A stretch of DNA of 51,843 nt from a virus (lineage: Duplodnaviria > Heunggongvirae > Uroviricota > Caudoviricetes). Position 1 is the first letter of the stretch. The number at the start of each line of letters is the position of its first letter. The notes beneath the pieces are model-generated. The model worked only from the letters and a program-made list of their open reading frames with translations. It had not been told where the DNA came from and made no database searches. The stretch is taken from IMG/VR virus record IMGVR_UViG_2851949629_000002; one strand, 5' to 3'. This document shows positions 35,721-46,804 of the stretch, piece after piece. The position numbers were made by a program, and so were the translations under genes.

Positions 35721-35813
35721 GCCTGTTCGTAAGCGTAAACTGACCGCCGTATGTAGCCATCAGACGAGAATTGGTAACTTAGACGCCCATCTGATATAGA
35801 CGGACATCTAAGT

Positions 35814-36239
35814 ATGGAATTACAGGACTGGCGAAAAGAACCTCGTAAAAACTATTCGAATGAATTCAAACTTCGTATGGTGGAACTGGCATCACAACCT
35901 GGAGCTTGTGTTGCACAGATTGCACGTGAAAATGGCGTCAATGATAATGTTATTTTCAAATGGCTCAGGCTCTGGCAGAACGAAGGGCGTGTTTCGCGGC
36001 GTCTTCCGGTAACGACCTCTTCTGACACTGGCGTTGAATTATTACCTGTAGAAATAACGCCGGATGAGCAGAAAGAACCTGTGGCGGCCATTGCGCCGTC
36101 TTTATCCACTTCCACTCAGACCAGAGTCAGTGCCAGTTCCTGCAAGGTGGAATTCCGTCACGGTAACATGACGCTGGAAAATCCATCGCCAGAGCTGCTC
36201 ACAGTGTTGATCCGTGAACTGACCGGGAGGGGAAGATGA
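35814..36239 (+). CDS. IS66 accessory protein OrfA (TnpA)
   Basis: 141-aa ORF, first gene of the IS66 three-gene arrangement. Confidence 0.8.
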   Translation: MELQDWRKEPRKNYSNEFKLRMVELASQPGACVAQIARENGVNDNVIFKWLRLWQNEGRVSRRLPVTTSSDTGVELLPVEITPDEQKEPVAAIAPSLSTSTQTRVSASSCKVEFRHGNMTLENPSPELLTVLIRELTGRGR

Positions 36240-36586
36240 TCTCACTCCCATCAGGTACCCGTATCTGGCTCGTTGCCGGCGTTACCGATATGCGTAAATC
36301 CTTCAACGGACTGGGAGAACAGGTACAACATGTGCTGAATGATAATCCCTTCTCCGGTCACCTGTTTATCTTCCGTGGCCGACGGGGTGACACCGTCAAA
36401 ATTCTTTGGGCTGATGCTGATGGTCTGTGCCTGTTCACCAAACGCCTGGAGGAAGGCCAGTTTATCTGGCCTGCGGTACGTGACGGCAAGGTATCCATTA
36501 CCCGCTCGCAACTGGCAATGCTCCTCGATAAGCTGGACTGGCGTCAGCCAAAAACATCCAGCCGTAACTCACTGACAATGTTGTAA
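36236..36586 (+). CDS. IS66 accessory protein OrfB (TnpB)
   Basis: 116-aa ORF MISLPSGTRIWLVAGVTDMRKSFNGLGEQ... overlapping orfA stop. Confidence 0.85.
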   Translation: MISLPSGTRIWLVAGVTDMRKSFNGLGEQVQHVLNDNPFSGHLFIFRGRRGDTVKILWADADGLCLFTKRLEEGQFIWPAVRDGKVSITRSQLAMLLDKLDWRQPKTSSRNSLTML

Positions 36587-36616
36587 AAAACTCCTGACCG
36601 CATTATAAAAACGGTC

Positions 36617-38230
36617 ATGAGTCAGAAATACCTCATTCGCATCGCAGAGCTGGAAAGGTTGCTCTCTGAGCAGGCTGAAGCCCTCCGTCAGAAAGACCAG
36701 CAACTGAGTCTGGTTGAAGAGACGGAAGCCTTCCTGCGCTCTGCACTGACACGTGCCGAAGAAAAGATCGAAGAAGATGAACGGGAAATAGAACATCTGC
36801 GGGCTCAGATAGAAAAACTGCGCCGGATGCTGTTCGGTACCCGTTCTGAAAAACTGCGTCGTGAAGTTGAACTGGCTGAGGCTCTGCTGAAACAACGTGA
36901 ACAGGACAGCGATCGTTACAGTGGGCGGGAAGACGATCCTCAGGTTCCCCGCCAGTTGCGACAGTCGCGCCATCGTCGTCCGTTACCGGCACACCTTCCC
37001 CGTGAAATACACCGCCTGGAGCCAGAAGAAAGCTGTTGCCCGGAGTGTGGCGGTGAGCTGGATTATCTGGGGGAAGTCAGCGCTGAACAGCTGGAACTGG
37101 TGAGCAGTGCCCTGAAAGTGATCCGCACAGAACGGGTAAAAAAAGCCTGTACAAAATGTGACTGTATTGTTGAAGCACCGGCGCCGTCCCGCCCGATAGA
37201 GCGTGGTATCGCGGGCCCCGGATTACTTGCCCGCGTGTTAACGGGAAAATACTGCGAACATCTGCCACTGTATCGTCAGAGTGAAATCTTTGCCCGCCAG
37301 GGTGTCGAACTGAGCCGGGCCTTACTCTCCAACTGGGTTGACGCGTGCTGCCAGTTAATGACACCGGTGAATGATGCCCTGTACCGTTATGTAATGAACA
37401 CCCGCAAGGTTCACACTGATGACACACCGGTAAAGGTACTGGCACCGGGTCAGAAAAAGGCGAAAACAGGGCGTATCTGGACGTATGTCCGGGATGATCG
37501 CAATGTGGGTTCGTCATCTCCTCCAGCGGTCTGGTTCGCGTACTCGCCGAACCGGCAGGGGAAACACCCGGAGCAACACCTCCGCCCCTTCCGGGGTATC
37601 CTGCAGGCGGATGCGTTCACAGGTTACGACAGGTTGTTCAGTGCAGAACGTGAAGGTGGTGCACTGACAGAAGTTGCGTGCTGGGCCCATGCCCGGCGAA
37701 AAATCCACGATGTATACATCAGCAGCAAAAGTGCGACGGCAGAAGAAGCCCTGAAGCGAATCAGTGAACTGTACGCCATCGAGGATGAAATACGGGGATT
37801 ACCGGAGTCAGAGCGTCTTGCCGTCAGGCAGCAGCGAAGCAAAGTGTTACTGACGTCGCTGCATGAATGGATGGTGGAGAAGAATGGTACGCTGTCGAAA
37901 AAATCCAGACTGGGCGAAGCGTTCAGCTATGTACTGAATCAGTGGGATGCCCTCTGTTATTACAGTGATGACGGTCTGGCGGAGGCGGATAATAATGCTG
38001 CGGAAAGAGCGCTTCGTGCAGTCTGTCTCGGAAAGAAAAACTTTATGTTCTTCGGCAGCGATCACGGCGGCGAGCGAGGAGCACTGTTGTACGGGCTGAT
38101 CAGCACCTGCCGACTGAACGGTATCGATCCGGAAGCGTATCTGCGCCATATCCTGAGCGTACTGCCGGAATGGCCTTCCAACCGAGTTGACGAACTCCTG
38201 CCATGGAACGTAGTACTCACCAATAAATAA
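36617..38230 (+). CDS. IS66 transposase TnpC
   Basis: 537-aa ORF with N-terminal coiled-coil, CxxC zinc motifs and DDE-type core. Confidence 0.85.
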   Translation: MSQKYLIRIAELERLLSEQAEALRQKDQQLSLVEETEAFLRSALTRAEEKIEEDEREIEHLRAQIEKLRRMLFGTRSEKLRREVELAEALLKQREQDSDRYSGREDDPQVPRQLRQSRHRRPLPAHLPREIHRLEPEESCCPECGGELDYLGEVSAEQLELVSSALKVIRTERVKKACTKCDCIVEAPAPSRPIERGIAGPGLLARVLTGKYCEHLPLYRQSEIFARQGVELSRALLSNWVDACCQLMTPVNDALYRYVMNTRKVHTDDTPVKVLAPGQKKAKTGRIWTYVRDDRNVGSSSPPAVWFAYSPNRQGKHPEQHLRPFRGILQADAFTGYDRLFSAEREGGALTEVACWAHARRKIHDVYISSKSATAEEALKRISELYAIEDEIRGLPESERLAVRQQRSKVLLTSLHEWMVEKNGTLSKKSRLGEAFSYVLNQWDALCYYSDDGLAEADNNAAERALRAVCLGKKNFMFFGSDHGGERGALLYGLISTCRLNGIDPEAYLRHILSVLPEWPSNRVDELLPWNVVLTNK

Positions 38231-38256
38231 GCGTCAATACGGCACTCCGTTAACGC

Positions 38257-38520
38257 TTACGCCTGTTCAACCTCACTACGCAGTTTTTCAGAACGGGTTC
38301 CGAACAGCATCCGGCGCAGTTTTTCTATCTGAGCCCGCAGATGCTCTATTTCTCGCTCATCTTCTTCGATCTTTTCTTCGGCACGTGCCAGTGCAGAGCG
38401 CAGGAAGGCCTCCGTCTCTTCAACCAGACTCAGTTGCTGGTCTTTCTGACGGAGGGCTTCAGCCTGCTCAGAGAGCAGCCTTTCCAGCTCAGCGATGCGA
38501 ATGAGGTATTTCTGACCCAT
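38257..38520 (-). pseudogene. Outer IS66 TnpC N-terminal fragment (87 codons)
   Basis: MGQKYLIRIAELERLLSEQAEALRQKDQQL... ends at the inner IS junction. Confidence 0.8.
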
Positions 38521-38550
38521 GGCCGTTTTTATAATCCGGCCCGGCGTTTT

Positions 38551-38901
38551 TTACAACATTGTCAGTGCGTTAAGGCGGGATGTTTTTGGCTGACGCCAGT
38601 CCAGCTTATCGAGGAGCATTGCCAGTTGCGAGCGGGTAATGGATATCTTACCGTCATGCACCGCAGGCCAGATAAACTGACCTTCCTCAAGGCGTTTGGT
38701 GAACAGGCACAGACCATCAGCATCAGCCCACAGGATTTTAATCGTGTCTCCCCGTCGGCCACGGAAGATAAACAGGTGACCGGAGAAGGGGTTATCATCC
38801 AGCACATGCTGTATCTGCTCCCCCAGACCGTTGAAGGATTTACGCATATCAGTAACGCCGGCAACGAGCCAGATACGGGTACCTGATGGGAGTGAAATCA
38901 T
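38551..38901 (-). CDS. Outer IS66 OrfB (TnpB)
   Basis: 116-aa ORF ~90% similar to the inner orfB. Confidence 0.8.
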   Translation of the reverse strand: MISLPSGTRIWLVAGVTDMRKSFNGLGEQIQHVLDDNPFSGHLFIFRGRRGDTIKILWADADGLCLFTKRLEEGQFIWPAVHDGKISITRSQLAMLLDKLDWRQPKTSRLNALTML

Positions 38902-39335
38902 CGTCCCCTCCCGGTCAGCTCACGGATCAACACCGTGAGCAGCTCTGGTGAAGGATTTTCCAGCATCATTTTACCGTAATGGAATTCCACATGGCAGGAA
39001 GCTGCACAAGCAACTGATAATGCCTCCGGAGCAGGAGCATCTGTAGCACAGCGCGGGGTGTCGATAAGTTCCACTGGAACCAGAGTCGGAGAGGCCGGAA
39101 AAGATTGTGATACTGTAGGGCCTACAATAGTTGGAGGCATTCTACGAGAAATACGTCCTTCTCTTTGCCAGAGGCGTAGCCATTTAAAAATCAGGTTGTT
39201 ATCAACGCCATGTTCCCGGGCCAGTTGTGCAACATTGGCATTTGGTTTCGAAGCCAGTTCAACCATATGAAGTTTAAATTCATTAGAAAATATCCGGCGG
39301 GTTCCGGAGCGCCAGTCTGTAGGTTTATCCATCAA
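38898..39335 (-). CDS. Outer IS66 OrfA (TnpA)
   Basis: 145-aa ORF, diverged homologue of the inner orfA. Confidence 0.75.
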   Translation of the reverse strand: MMDKPTDWRSGTRRIFSNEFKLHMVELASKPNANVAQLAREHGVDNNLIFKWLRLWQREGRISRRMPPTIVGPTVSQSFPASPTLVPVELIDTPRCATDAPAPEALSVACAASCHVEFHYGKMMLENPSPELLTVLIRELTGRGR

Positions 39336-39415
39336 TAGAACTCCGTCTAATTTAGAAGGAGCTCTAATTTAGTCTGCAAGGAGCAAGTGTTACAGACGGC
39401 ATTGGCTTTACGCTT

Positions 39416-39869
39416 ACGTAATAGTGTCTTTTGTGTCCCCCTGTTTTGAGGGATAGCAATCCCCCAATTTGAGGGATGTTTTATCCCTCGTTTTAGGGGA
39501 TTGTCCCTCGTTTTGAGGGATACACCATTCTGAGATGTTTTTATTTGGTCCAAACATGCCGCCTTGCTGCTTGATAATATTCATTCTGACGAGTTCTAAC
39601 TTGGCTTCATTGCACCGTTTGACAGGTAACTTTGTAATCTCGCTAAGTTGAGAATCGGTGATTCTGTCCATTGGTTTATTCCACCCATAGGTTTTACGCA
39701 GAATGGCAAGCAGCACTTTAAACTGTCGCTTGGTCAGATCTGCGCCCGAATAAGCCTCAAGCAGCATATTTGATAGTCTGGCGTAACCATCATCGAGATC
39801 TGCCACATTACGCTCCTGTCCGGCAAAGTTACCTCTGCCGAAGTTGAGTATTTTTGCTGTATTTGTCAT
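39416..39869 (-). pseudogene. O: Replication initiator O, N-terminal fragment
   Basis: MTNTAKILNFGRGNFAGQERNVADLDDGYARLSNMLLEAYSGADLTKRQF..., lambda O N-terminus; reading frame runs into the IS. Confidence 0.85.
39436..39521. repeat. ori-lambda iterons (four ~18-bp O-binding repeats)
   Basis: Four copies of TCCCTC-N6-GAGGGA-like inverted units inside the O N-terminal coding region. Confidence 0.8.
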
Positions 39870-39901
39870 AATGACTCCTGTTGATAGATCCAGTAATGAC
39901 C

Positions 39902-40195
39902 TCAGAACTCCATCTGGATTTGTTCAGAACGCTCGGTTGCCGCCGGGCGTTTTTTATTGGTGAGAATCGCAGCAACTTGTCGCGCCAATCGAGCCATGTC
40001 GTCGTCAACGACCCCCCATTCAAGAACAGCAAGCAGCATTGAGAACTTGGGAATCCAGTCTCTCTTCCACCTGCTGATCTGCGACTTATCAACTCCCACA
40101 GCTTCCGCTGTCTTCTCAGTTCCAAGCATTGCGATTTTGTTAAGCAACGCACTCTCGATTCGTAGTGCCTCGTTGCGTTTGTTTGCACGAACCAT
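39902..40195 (-). CDS. cII: Transcriptional activator cII
   Basis: MVRANKRNEALRIESALLNKIAMLGTEKTAEAVGVDKSQISRWKRDWIPKF..., lambda cII (track ORF has an upstream extension). Confidence 0.9.
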   Translation of the reverse strand: MVRANKRNEALRIESALLNKIAMLGTEKTAEAVGVDKSQISRWKRDWIPKFSMLLAVLEWGVVDDDMARLARQVAAILTNKKRPAATERSEQIQMEF

Positions 40196-40274
40196 ATGTA
40201 AGTATTTCCTTAGATAACAATTGATTGAATGTATGCAAATAAATGCATACACCATAGGTGTGGTTTAATTGGAT

Positions 40275-40289
40275 GCCCTTTTTCAGGGC
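40275..40289 (-). promoter_or_regulatory. nutR boxB hairpin
   Basis: GCCCTGAAAAAGGGC on the minus strand between cro and cII. Confidence 0.7.
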
Positions 40290-40313
40290 GGGGATGGGTA
40301 AGAGCGGGGTTAT

Positions 40314-40523
<210 letters not shown>

Positions 40524-40540
40524 TTAGTACATGCAACTAT

Positions 40541-40604
40541 TATCACCGCCAGAGGTAAAATAGTCAACACGCACGGTGTTAGATATTTATCCCTTGCGGT
40601 GATA
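40541..40604. promoter_or_regulatory. Right operator OR1-OR2-OR3 with overlapping pR and pRM
   Basis: TATCACCGCCAGAGGTA (40541-40557), CAACACGCACGGTGTTA (40565-40581), TATCCCTTGCGGTGATA (40588-40604). Confidence 0.9.
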
Positions 40605-40611
40605 GATTTAA

Positions 40612-41328
<717 letters not shown>

Positions 41329-41345
41329 TAGGAAGTAAGTTTTAT

Positions 41346-41375
41346 GTTGACGGCACAGTCAACTTGGCATAGATT
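41346..41375 (+). promoter_or_regulatory. Candidate sigma70 promoter with -35 inside a perfect palindrome GTTGAC-N6-GTCAAC
   Basis: TTGACG, 17-nt spacer, TAGATT; palindrome at 41346-41363. Confidence 0.3.
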
Positions 41376-41385
41376 AATTAAACCA

Positions 41386-41446
41386 AGCCCAGCCCCGTTC
41401 GCAGACAATTGTTAATATCTGCATAACGGCTCTGGGCTATTTTTTT
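41386..41446 (+). terminator. Long interrupted hairpin plus T7 run (terminator/attenuator-like leader) ending 9 nt before the NYN-gene ATG
   Basis: AGCCCAGCCCCGTT ... AACGGCTCTGGGCT followed by TTTTTTT. Confidence 0.45.
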
Positions 41447-41455
41447 GGGACTCTT

Positions 41456-42313
41456 ATGAAGAAAGCAGCAATTTTAATTGATGCGGGTTTTTTCATGCAG
41501 CGTGTTCATGCTACGCATCGTAAACACTTCGCCGAGCATGAACTGACTGCGCAATGCATAATGAAAGTAATATGGTCAATGGTTCTTTCCCATCTTAATG
41601 GAAAACGTCAATCACAAGAACGTAGGGAACCGCTTGAGCTTTATAGAATTTACTTCTATGACTGTCCACCACTCGACATTCAAACACGCCTTCCACTTCC
41701 TGAGCCTGGCAATAAGACGCCTGGTCGCAAGAATTTCAAACTCGAAAAATCATATATTCTGAGAACGGAGCTGCATGAAGAGTTAAGAAAAACTCGAAAA
41801 ACAGCCTTAAGATTAGGGAATCTTGTTGATAATAAGCGATGGCAACTAACTACATTCTCCCTTGATGCTCTGATGAAAGGAACGAAAAAATGGGATGAAC
41901 TGACAAATGATGATTTTTACTATGACATCAAACAAAAACAAGTTGATATCAAGCTAGGGATGGATATCACGACTTTAGCTTATGAAAAACTTGTTGATGT
42001 AATTGTCCTTGTTGCTGGGGACTCAGACTTTGTGCCTGCCGCCAAACACGCCAGAATTAAAGGTATTGATTTTATTCTTGATCCACTAAGACAGAATGTT
42101 ACCCCATCACTGTCAGAGCACATTGATGGAGTTCAGTCATACAGCTTGATATCAGGACTTGCCGATGCTTTACATGTTGAGCCAGACCCGGCACCTGACT
42201 GGTGGGAAGATCGAAAAAAAGGCAAGCCTAGAGGAAAAAACAATAGCGGTAAACGCAGGTATGGAAACACTCAAGCTGAGTCTGCAAAGAAACATCAAAG
42301 AAATAAACGATAA
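41456..42313 (+). CDS. NYN/LabA-like (PIN-fold) predicted ribonuclease with basic C-terminal tail, in the slot lambda uses for rexA-rexB
   Basis: 285-aa ORF; motifs AILIDAGFF, VDIKLGMDI, VLVAGDSDFVPAAKHARIKGIDFILDP; Lys/Arg-rich last ~35 aa; not RexA or RexB. Confidence 0.6.
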   Translation: MKKAAILIDAGFFMQRVHATHRKHFAEHELTAQCIMKVIWSMVLSHLNGKRQSQERREPLELYRIYFYDCPPLDIQTRLPLPEPGNKTPGRKNFKLEKSYILRTELHEELRKTRKTALRLGNLVDNKRWQLTTFSLDALMKGTKKWDELTNDDFYYDIKQKQVDIKLGMDITTLAYEKLVDVIVLVAGDSDFVPAAKHARIKGIDFILDPLRQNVTPSLSEHIDGVQSYSLISGLADALHVEPDPAPDWWEDRKKGKPRGKNNSGKRRYGNTQAESAKKHQRNKR

Positions 42314-42322
42314 TCCCATCAA

Positions 42323-42348
42323 CCCGGCCACCGAGCCGGGTTTTCTTT
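42323..42348 (+). terminator. Rho-independent terminator after the NYN gene
   Basis: CCCGGC-CACCGA-GCCGGG hairpin followed by TTTTCTTT. Confidence 0.6.
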
Positions 42349-42503
42349 GCCTCACGATCGCCCCACCTAAAAACACATAACCAATTGTATTTATTTTAAA
42401 ATTAATAGGTGCAACTCACTAAACAACGCAATTCTGATCTCTCGATCACCTCCCAAGCCACACAACCCTGCAAAAAATAAATCTATATAAAAAACATACA
42501 GAT

Positions 42504-42566
42504 AACCATCTGCGGTGATAAATTATCTCTGGCGGTGTTGACACAAATACCACTAGCGGTGATACT
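42504..42566 (+). promoter_or_regulatory. Left operator OL3-OL2-OL1 and promoter pL
   Basis: AACCATCTGCGGTGATA, TATCTCTGGCGGTGTTG, then TTGACA...TACCACTAGCGGTGATACT. Confidence 0.85.
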
Positions 42567-42605
42567 AAACACACCAGCAGGACGCACTAACCCACATGAA
42601 GGTGA

Positions 42606-42636
42606 TGCTCTTAAAAATTAAGCCCTGAAGAAGGGC
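42606..42636 (+). promoter_or_regulatory. nutL (boxA-like then boxB GCCCTGAAGAAGGGC)
   Basis: TGCTCTTAA then GCCCTGAAGAAGGGC hairpin upstream of N. Confidence 0.8.
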
Positions 42637-42794
42637 AGCATTCAAAGCAGAAGGCTTTGGGGTGTGTGATACGAAACGAAACATTGGCCGGAAGTGCGAA
42701 TCCGGATTAGCTGCAAATGAGCCAATCGTGGGGTGTTTTCGTTCAGGACTACGACTCCCACACACCACCAAAGCTAACTGACAAGAGAATCCAG

Positions 42795-43659
<865 letters not shown>

Positions 43660-43782
43660 TTAAAAGACAGGCATACTAATAAACACTGCACTGTGTATTT
43701 ATTCCAACGAGTGAATACACGGAGCAATGTCGCTCGTAACTAAACAGGAGCCGAGTTGTTCTGATTATTGGAAATCTTCTTT

Positions 43783-43808
43783 GCCCTCCAGTGTGAGGGC
43801 GATTTTTT
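43783..43808 (+). terminator. Terminator-like hairpin upstream of ea10
   Basis: GCCCTC-loop-GAGGGC followed by GATTTTTTA. Confidence 0.4.
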
Positions 43809-43828
43809 ATCTATGAGGATATGAATAG

Positions 43829-44197
43829 GTGTCAAACATCAAAAAATACATCATTGATTACGACTGGAAAGCATCAATAGAAATTGAAATCGACCATGAC
43901 GTAATGACAGAGGAAAAACTTCACCAGATTAATAATTTCTGGTCAGACTCTGAATACCGACTCAATAAACACGGCTCTGTATTAAATGCTGTATTAATCA
44001 TGCTGGCGCAACATGCTCTGCTTATAGCAATTTCAAGCGACTTAAATGCATATGGTGTTGTGTGTGAGTTCGACTGGAATGATGGAAATGGTCAGGAAGG
44101 ATGGCCTCCAATGGATGGTAGCGAAGGAATAAGAATTACCGATATCGATACATCAGGAATATTTGATTCAGATGATATGGCTATCAAGGCCGCCTGA
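43829..44197 (+). CDS. ea10: Ea10-like early protein
   Basis: 122-aa GTG-initiated ORF; length and position as for lambda ea10; sequence identity only from memory. Confidence 0.6.
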   Translation: MSNIKKYIIDYDWKASIEIEIDHDVMTEEKLHQINNFWSDSEYRLNKHGSVLNAVLIMLAQHALLIAISSDLNAYGVVCEFDWNDGNGQEGWPPMDGSEGIRITDIDTSGIFDSDDMAIKAA

Positions 44198-44269
44198 GTG
44201 CGGCTTTACCGCATACCAATAACGCTTCACTCGAGGCGTTTTTCGTTATGTATAAATAAGGAGCACACC

Positions 44270-44410
44270 ATGCAATATGCCATTGCAGGGTGGCCTGTTG
44301 CTGGCTGCCCTTCCGAATCTTTACTTGAACGAATCACCCGTAAATTACGTGACGGATGGAAACGCCTTATCGACATACTTAATCAGCCAGGAGTACCCAA
44401 AAATGGATAA
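44270..44410 (+). CDS. cIII: cIII (FtsH inhibitor)
   Basis: [46 protein letters not shown] with AAGGAG RBS. Confidence 0.85.
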   Translation: MQYAIAGWPVAGCPSESLLERITRKLRDGWKRLIDILNQPGVPKNG

Positions 44411-44546
44411 AAAACTTATGGCTATCCAGACAAAATTCACTATTGCCACTTTTATTGGCGATGAAAAGATGTTTCGTGAGGCCGTCGACGCTTATAAAAA
44501 ATGGATATTAATACTGAAACTGAGATCAAGCAAAAGCATTCACTAA
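44403..44546 (+). CDS. kil: Kil (FtsZ inhibitor)
   Basis: [47 protein letters not shown]. Confidence 0.8.
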   Translation: MDKKLMAIQTKFTIATFIGDEKMFREAVDAYKKWILILKLRSSKSIH

Positions 44547-44917
44547 CCCCCTTTCCTGTTTTCCTAATCAGCCCGGCATTTCGCGGGCGATATTTTCACA
44601 GCTATTTCAGGAGTTCGGCCATGAACGCTTATTACATTCAGGATCGTCTTGAGGCTCAGAGCTGGGCGCGTCACTACCAGCAGATAGCCCGTGAAGAGAA
44701 AGAGGCAGAACTGGCAGACGACATGGAAAAAGGCCTGCCCCAGCACCTGTTTGAATCGCTATGCATCGATCATTTGCAACGCCACGGGGCCAGCAAAAAA
44801 GCCATTACCCGTGCGTTTGATGACGATGTTGAGTTTCAGGAGCGCATGGCAGAACACATCCGGTACATGGTTGAAACCATTGCTCACCATCAGGTTGATA
44901 TTGATTCAGAGGTATAA
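44501..44917 (+). CDS. gam: Gam (RecBCD inhibitor)
   Basis: 138-aa [53 protein letters not shown]... Confidence 0.9.
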   Translation: MDINTETEIKQKHSLTPFPVFLISPAFRGRYFHSYFRSSAMNAYYIQDRLEAQSWARHYQQIAREEKEAELADDMEKGLPQHLFESLCIDHLQRHGASKKAITRAFDDDVEFQERMAEHIRYMVETIAHHQVDIDSEV

Positions 44918-44922
44918 AACGG

Positions 44923-45708
44923 ATGAGTACAGCACTCGCAACGCTGGCAGGGAAGCTGGCTGAACGTGTCGGCATGGATTCTGTCGACCCACAGGAACTG
45001 ATCACCACTCTTCGCCAGACGGCATTTAAAGGCGATGCCAGCGATGCGCAGTTCATCGCATTGTTGATCGTCGCCAACCAGTACGGCCTTAATCCGTGGA
45101 CGAAAGAAATTTACGCCTTCCCTGACAAGCAGAACGGCATCGTTCCGGTGGTGGGCGTTGATGGCTGGTCCCGTATCATCAATGAAAACCAGCAGTTTGA
45201 TGGCATGGACTTTGAGCAGGACAATGAATCATGTACATGCCGGATTTACCGCAAGGACCGTAATCATCCGATCTGCGTTACCGAGTGGATGGATGAATGC
45301 CGCCGCGAACCATTCAAAACCCGCGAAGGCAGAGAAATCACCGGACCGTGGCAGTCGCATCCCAAACGGATGTTACGGCATAAAGCCATGATTCAGTGTG
45401 CCCGTCTGGCCTTCGGATTTGCTGGTATCTATGACAAGGATGAAGCCGAGCGCATTGTCGAAAATACCGCATACACTGCAGAACGTCAGCCGGAACGCGA
45501 CATCACTCCGGTTAACGATGAAACCATGCAGGAGATTAACACTATGCTGATTGCCCTGGACAAAACATGGGATGACGACTTATTGCCGCTCTGTTCCCAG
45601 ATATTTCGCCGCGACATTCGCGCATCGTCAGAACTGACACAGGCCGAAGCAATGAAAGCTCTTGGATTCCTGAAACAGAAAGCCTCTGAACAGAAGGTGG
45701 CTGCATGA
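44923..45708 (+). CDS. bet: Bet (Red-beta single-strand annealing protein)
   Basis: 261-aa [66 protein letters not shown]... Confidence 0.95.
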   Translation: MSTALATLAGKLAERVGMDSVDPQELITTLRQTAFKGDASDAQFIALLIVANQYGLNPWTKEIYAFPDKQNGIVPVVGVDGWSRIINENQQFDGMDFEQDNESCTCRIYRKDRNHPICVTEWMDECRREPFKTREGREITGPWQSHPKRMLRHKAMIQCARLAFGFAGIYDKDEAERIVENTAYTAERQPERDITPVNDETMQEINTMLIALDKTWDDDLLPLCSQIFRRDIRASSELTQAEAMKALGFLKQKASEQKVAA

Positions 45709-46385
45709 CACCGGACATTATCCTGCAGCGTACCGGGATCGACGTGAGAGCTGTCGAACAGGGGGATGATGCATGGCACAAATTACGGCTCGGCGTCATC
45801 ACCGCTTCAGAAGTTCACAACGTGATAGCAAAGCCCCGCTCAGGAAAGAAGTGGCCTGACATGAAAATGTCCTACTTCCACACCCTGCTGGCTGAGGTTT
45901 GCACCGGTGTGGCTCCGGAAGTTAACGCTAAGGCGCTGGCCTGGGGAAAACAGTACGAGAACGACGCCAGAACCCTCTTTGAGTTCACTTCCGGCGTTAA
46001 TGTTACTGAATCCCCGATCATCTATCGCGACGAAAGTATGCGCACCGCCTGCTCTCCCGATGGTTTATGCAGTGACGGCAACGGCCTTGAACTGAAATGC
46101 CCGTTTACCTCCCGGGATTTCATGAAGTTCCGGCTCGGTGGTTTCGAGGCCATAAAATCGGCTTACATGGCCCAGGTGCAGTACAGCATGTGGGTGACGC
46201 GAAAAGATGCCTGGTACTTTGCCAACTATGACCCACGAATGAAGCGTGAAGGCCTGCATTATGTCGTGGTTGAGCGGGATGAAAATTACATGGCGAGTTT
46301 TGACGAGATGGTGCCGGAGTTCATCGAAAAAATGGACGAGGCACTGGCTGAAATTGGTTTTGTATTTGGGGAGCAATGGCGATGA
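45705..46385 (+). CDS. exo: Exo (lambda 5'-3' exonuclease)
   Basis: 226-aa [50 protein letters not shown]... Confidence 0.95.
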   Translation: MTPDIILQRTGIDVRAVEQGDDAWHKLRLGVITASEVHNVIAKPRSGKKWPDMKMSYFHTLLAEVCTGVAPEVNAKALAWGKQYENDARTLFEFTSGVNVTESPIIYRDESMRTACSPDGLCSDGNGLELKCPFTSRDFMKFRLGGFEAIKSAYMAQVQYSMWVTRKDAWYFANYDPRMKREGLHYVVVERDENYMASFDEMVPEFIEKMDEALAEIGFVFGEQWR

Positions 46386-46564
46386 CGCATCCTCACGATA
46401 ATATCCGGGTAGGCGCGATCACTTTCGTCTACTCCATTACAAAGCGAGGCTGGGTATTTCCCGGCCTTTCTGTTATCAGAAATCCCCTGAAAGCACAGCG
46501 GCTGGCTGAGGAGATAAATAATAAACGGGGAGCTGTATGCACAAAGCATCTCCCGTTGAGTTAA
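46376..46564 (+). CDS. Small early protein (lambda orf60a-like)
   Basis: 62-aa [57 protein letters not shown]... Confidence 0.6.
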   Translation: MAMTHPHDNIRVGAITFVYSITKRGWVFPGLSVIRNPLKAQRLAEEINNKRGAVCTKHLPLS

Positions 46565-46728
46565 GAACGAGTATCGAGATTGCACATAGCCTCGCTCAAA
46601 TTGGAGTCAGGTTTGTGCCAATACCAGTAGAAACAGACGAAGAATTTCATACTTTAGCCGCATCCCTTTCACAAAAGCTGGAAATGATGGTGGCGAAAGC
46701 AGAAGCAGATGAGAGAGACCAGGTATGA
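46537..46728 (+). CDS. Small early protein (lambda orf63-like)
   Basis: 63-aa ORF downstream of exo. Confidence 0.55.
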   Translation: MHKASPVELRTSIEIAHSLAQIGVRFVPIPVETDEEFHTLAASLSQKLEMMVAKAEADERDQV

Positions 46729-46804
46729 CAACCACTGAATGCATTTTTCTGGCAGCGGGCTTCATATTCTGTGTGCTTATGCTTGCCGACATGGGGCTTG
46801 TTCA

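Larger units (their letters stand above)
35729..38260 (+). mobile_element. IS66-family element (inner copy, apparently intact, 2532 bp)
   Basis: Termini GTAAGCG...CGCTTAC; 8-bp target-site duplication GCCTGTTC at 35721-35728 and 38261-38268; inserted inside the outer tnpC. Confidence 0.85.
34337..39407 (-). mobile_element. IS66-family element (outer copy, ~2.53 kb of its own sequence) inserted in ori-lambda/O and itself interrupted by a second IS66-family element
   Basis: Termini GTAAGCG...CGCTTAC; 8-bp target-site duplication GTAATAGT at 34329-34336 and 39408-39415; orfA-orfB-tnpC order on the minus strand. Confidence 0.8.

Noticed and set aside
36633-37842. Antisense ORFs inside the inner IS66 transposase gene (119, 146, 64, 72 aa)
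   Set aside because: Embedded in tnpC on the opposite strand, with mirror-image copies in the outer IS; frame artefacts of the transposase sequence.
42504-42640. Apparent base differences from lambda in pL/OL1 and nutL flanks (e.g. TACCACTAGCGGTGATA versus my recalled TACCACTGGCGGTGATA)
   Set aside because: The comparison rests only on my memory of the lambda sequence; not reliable enough to call an operator variant. Needs alignment to a reference.
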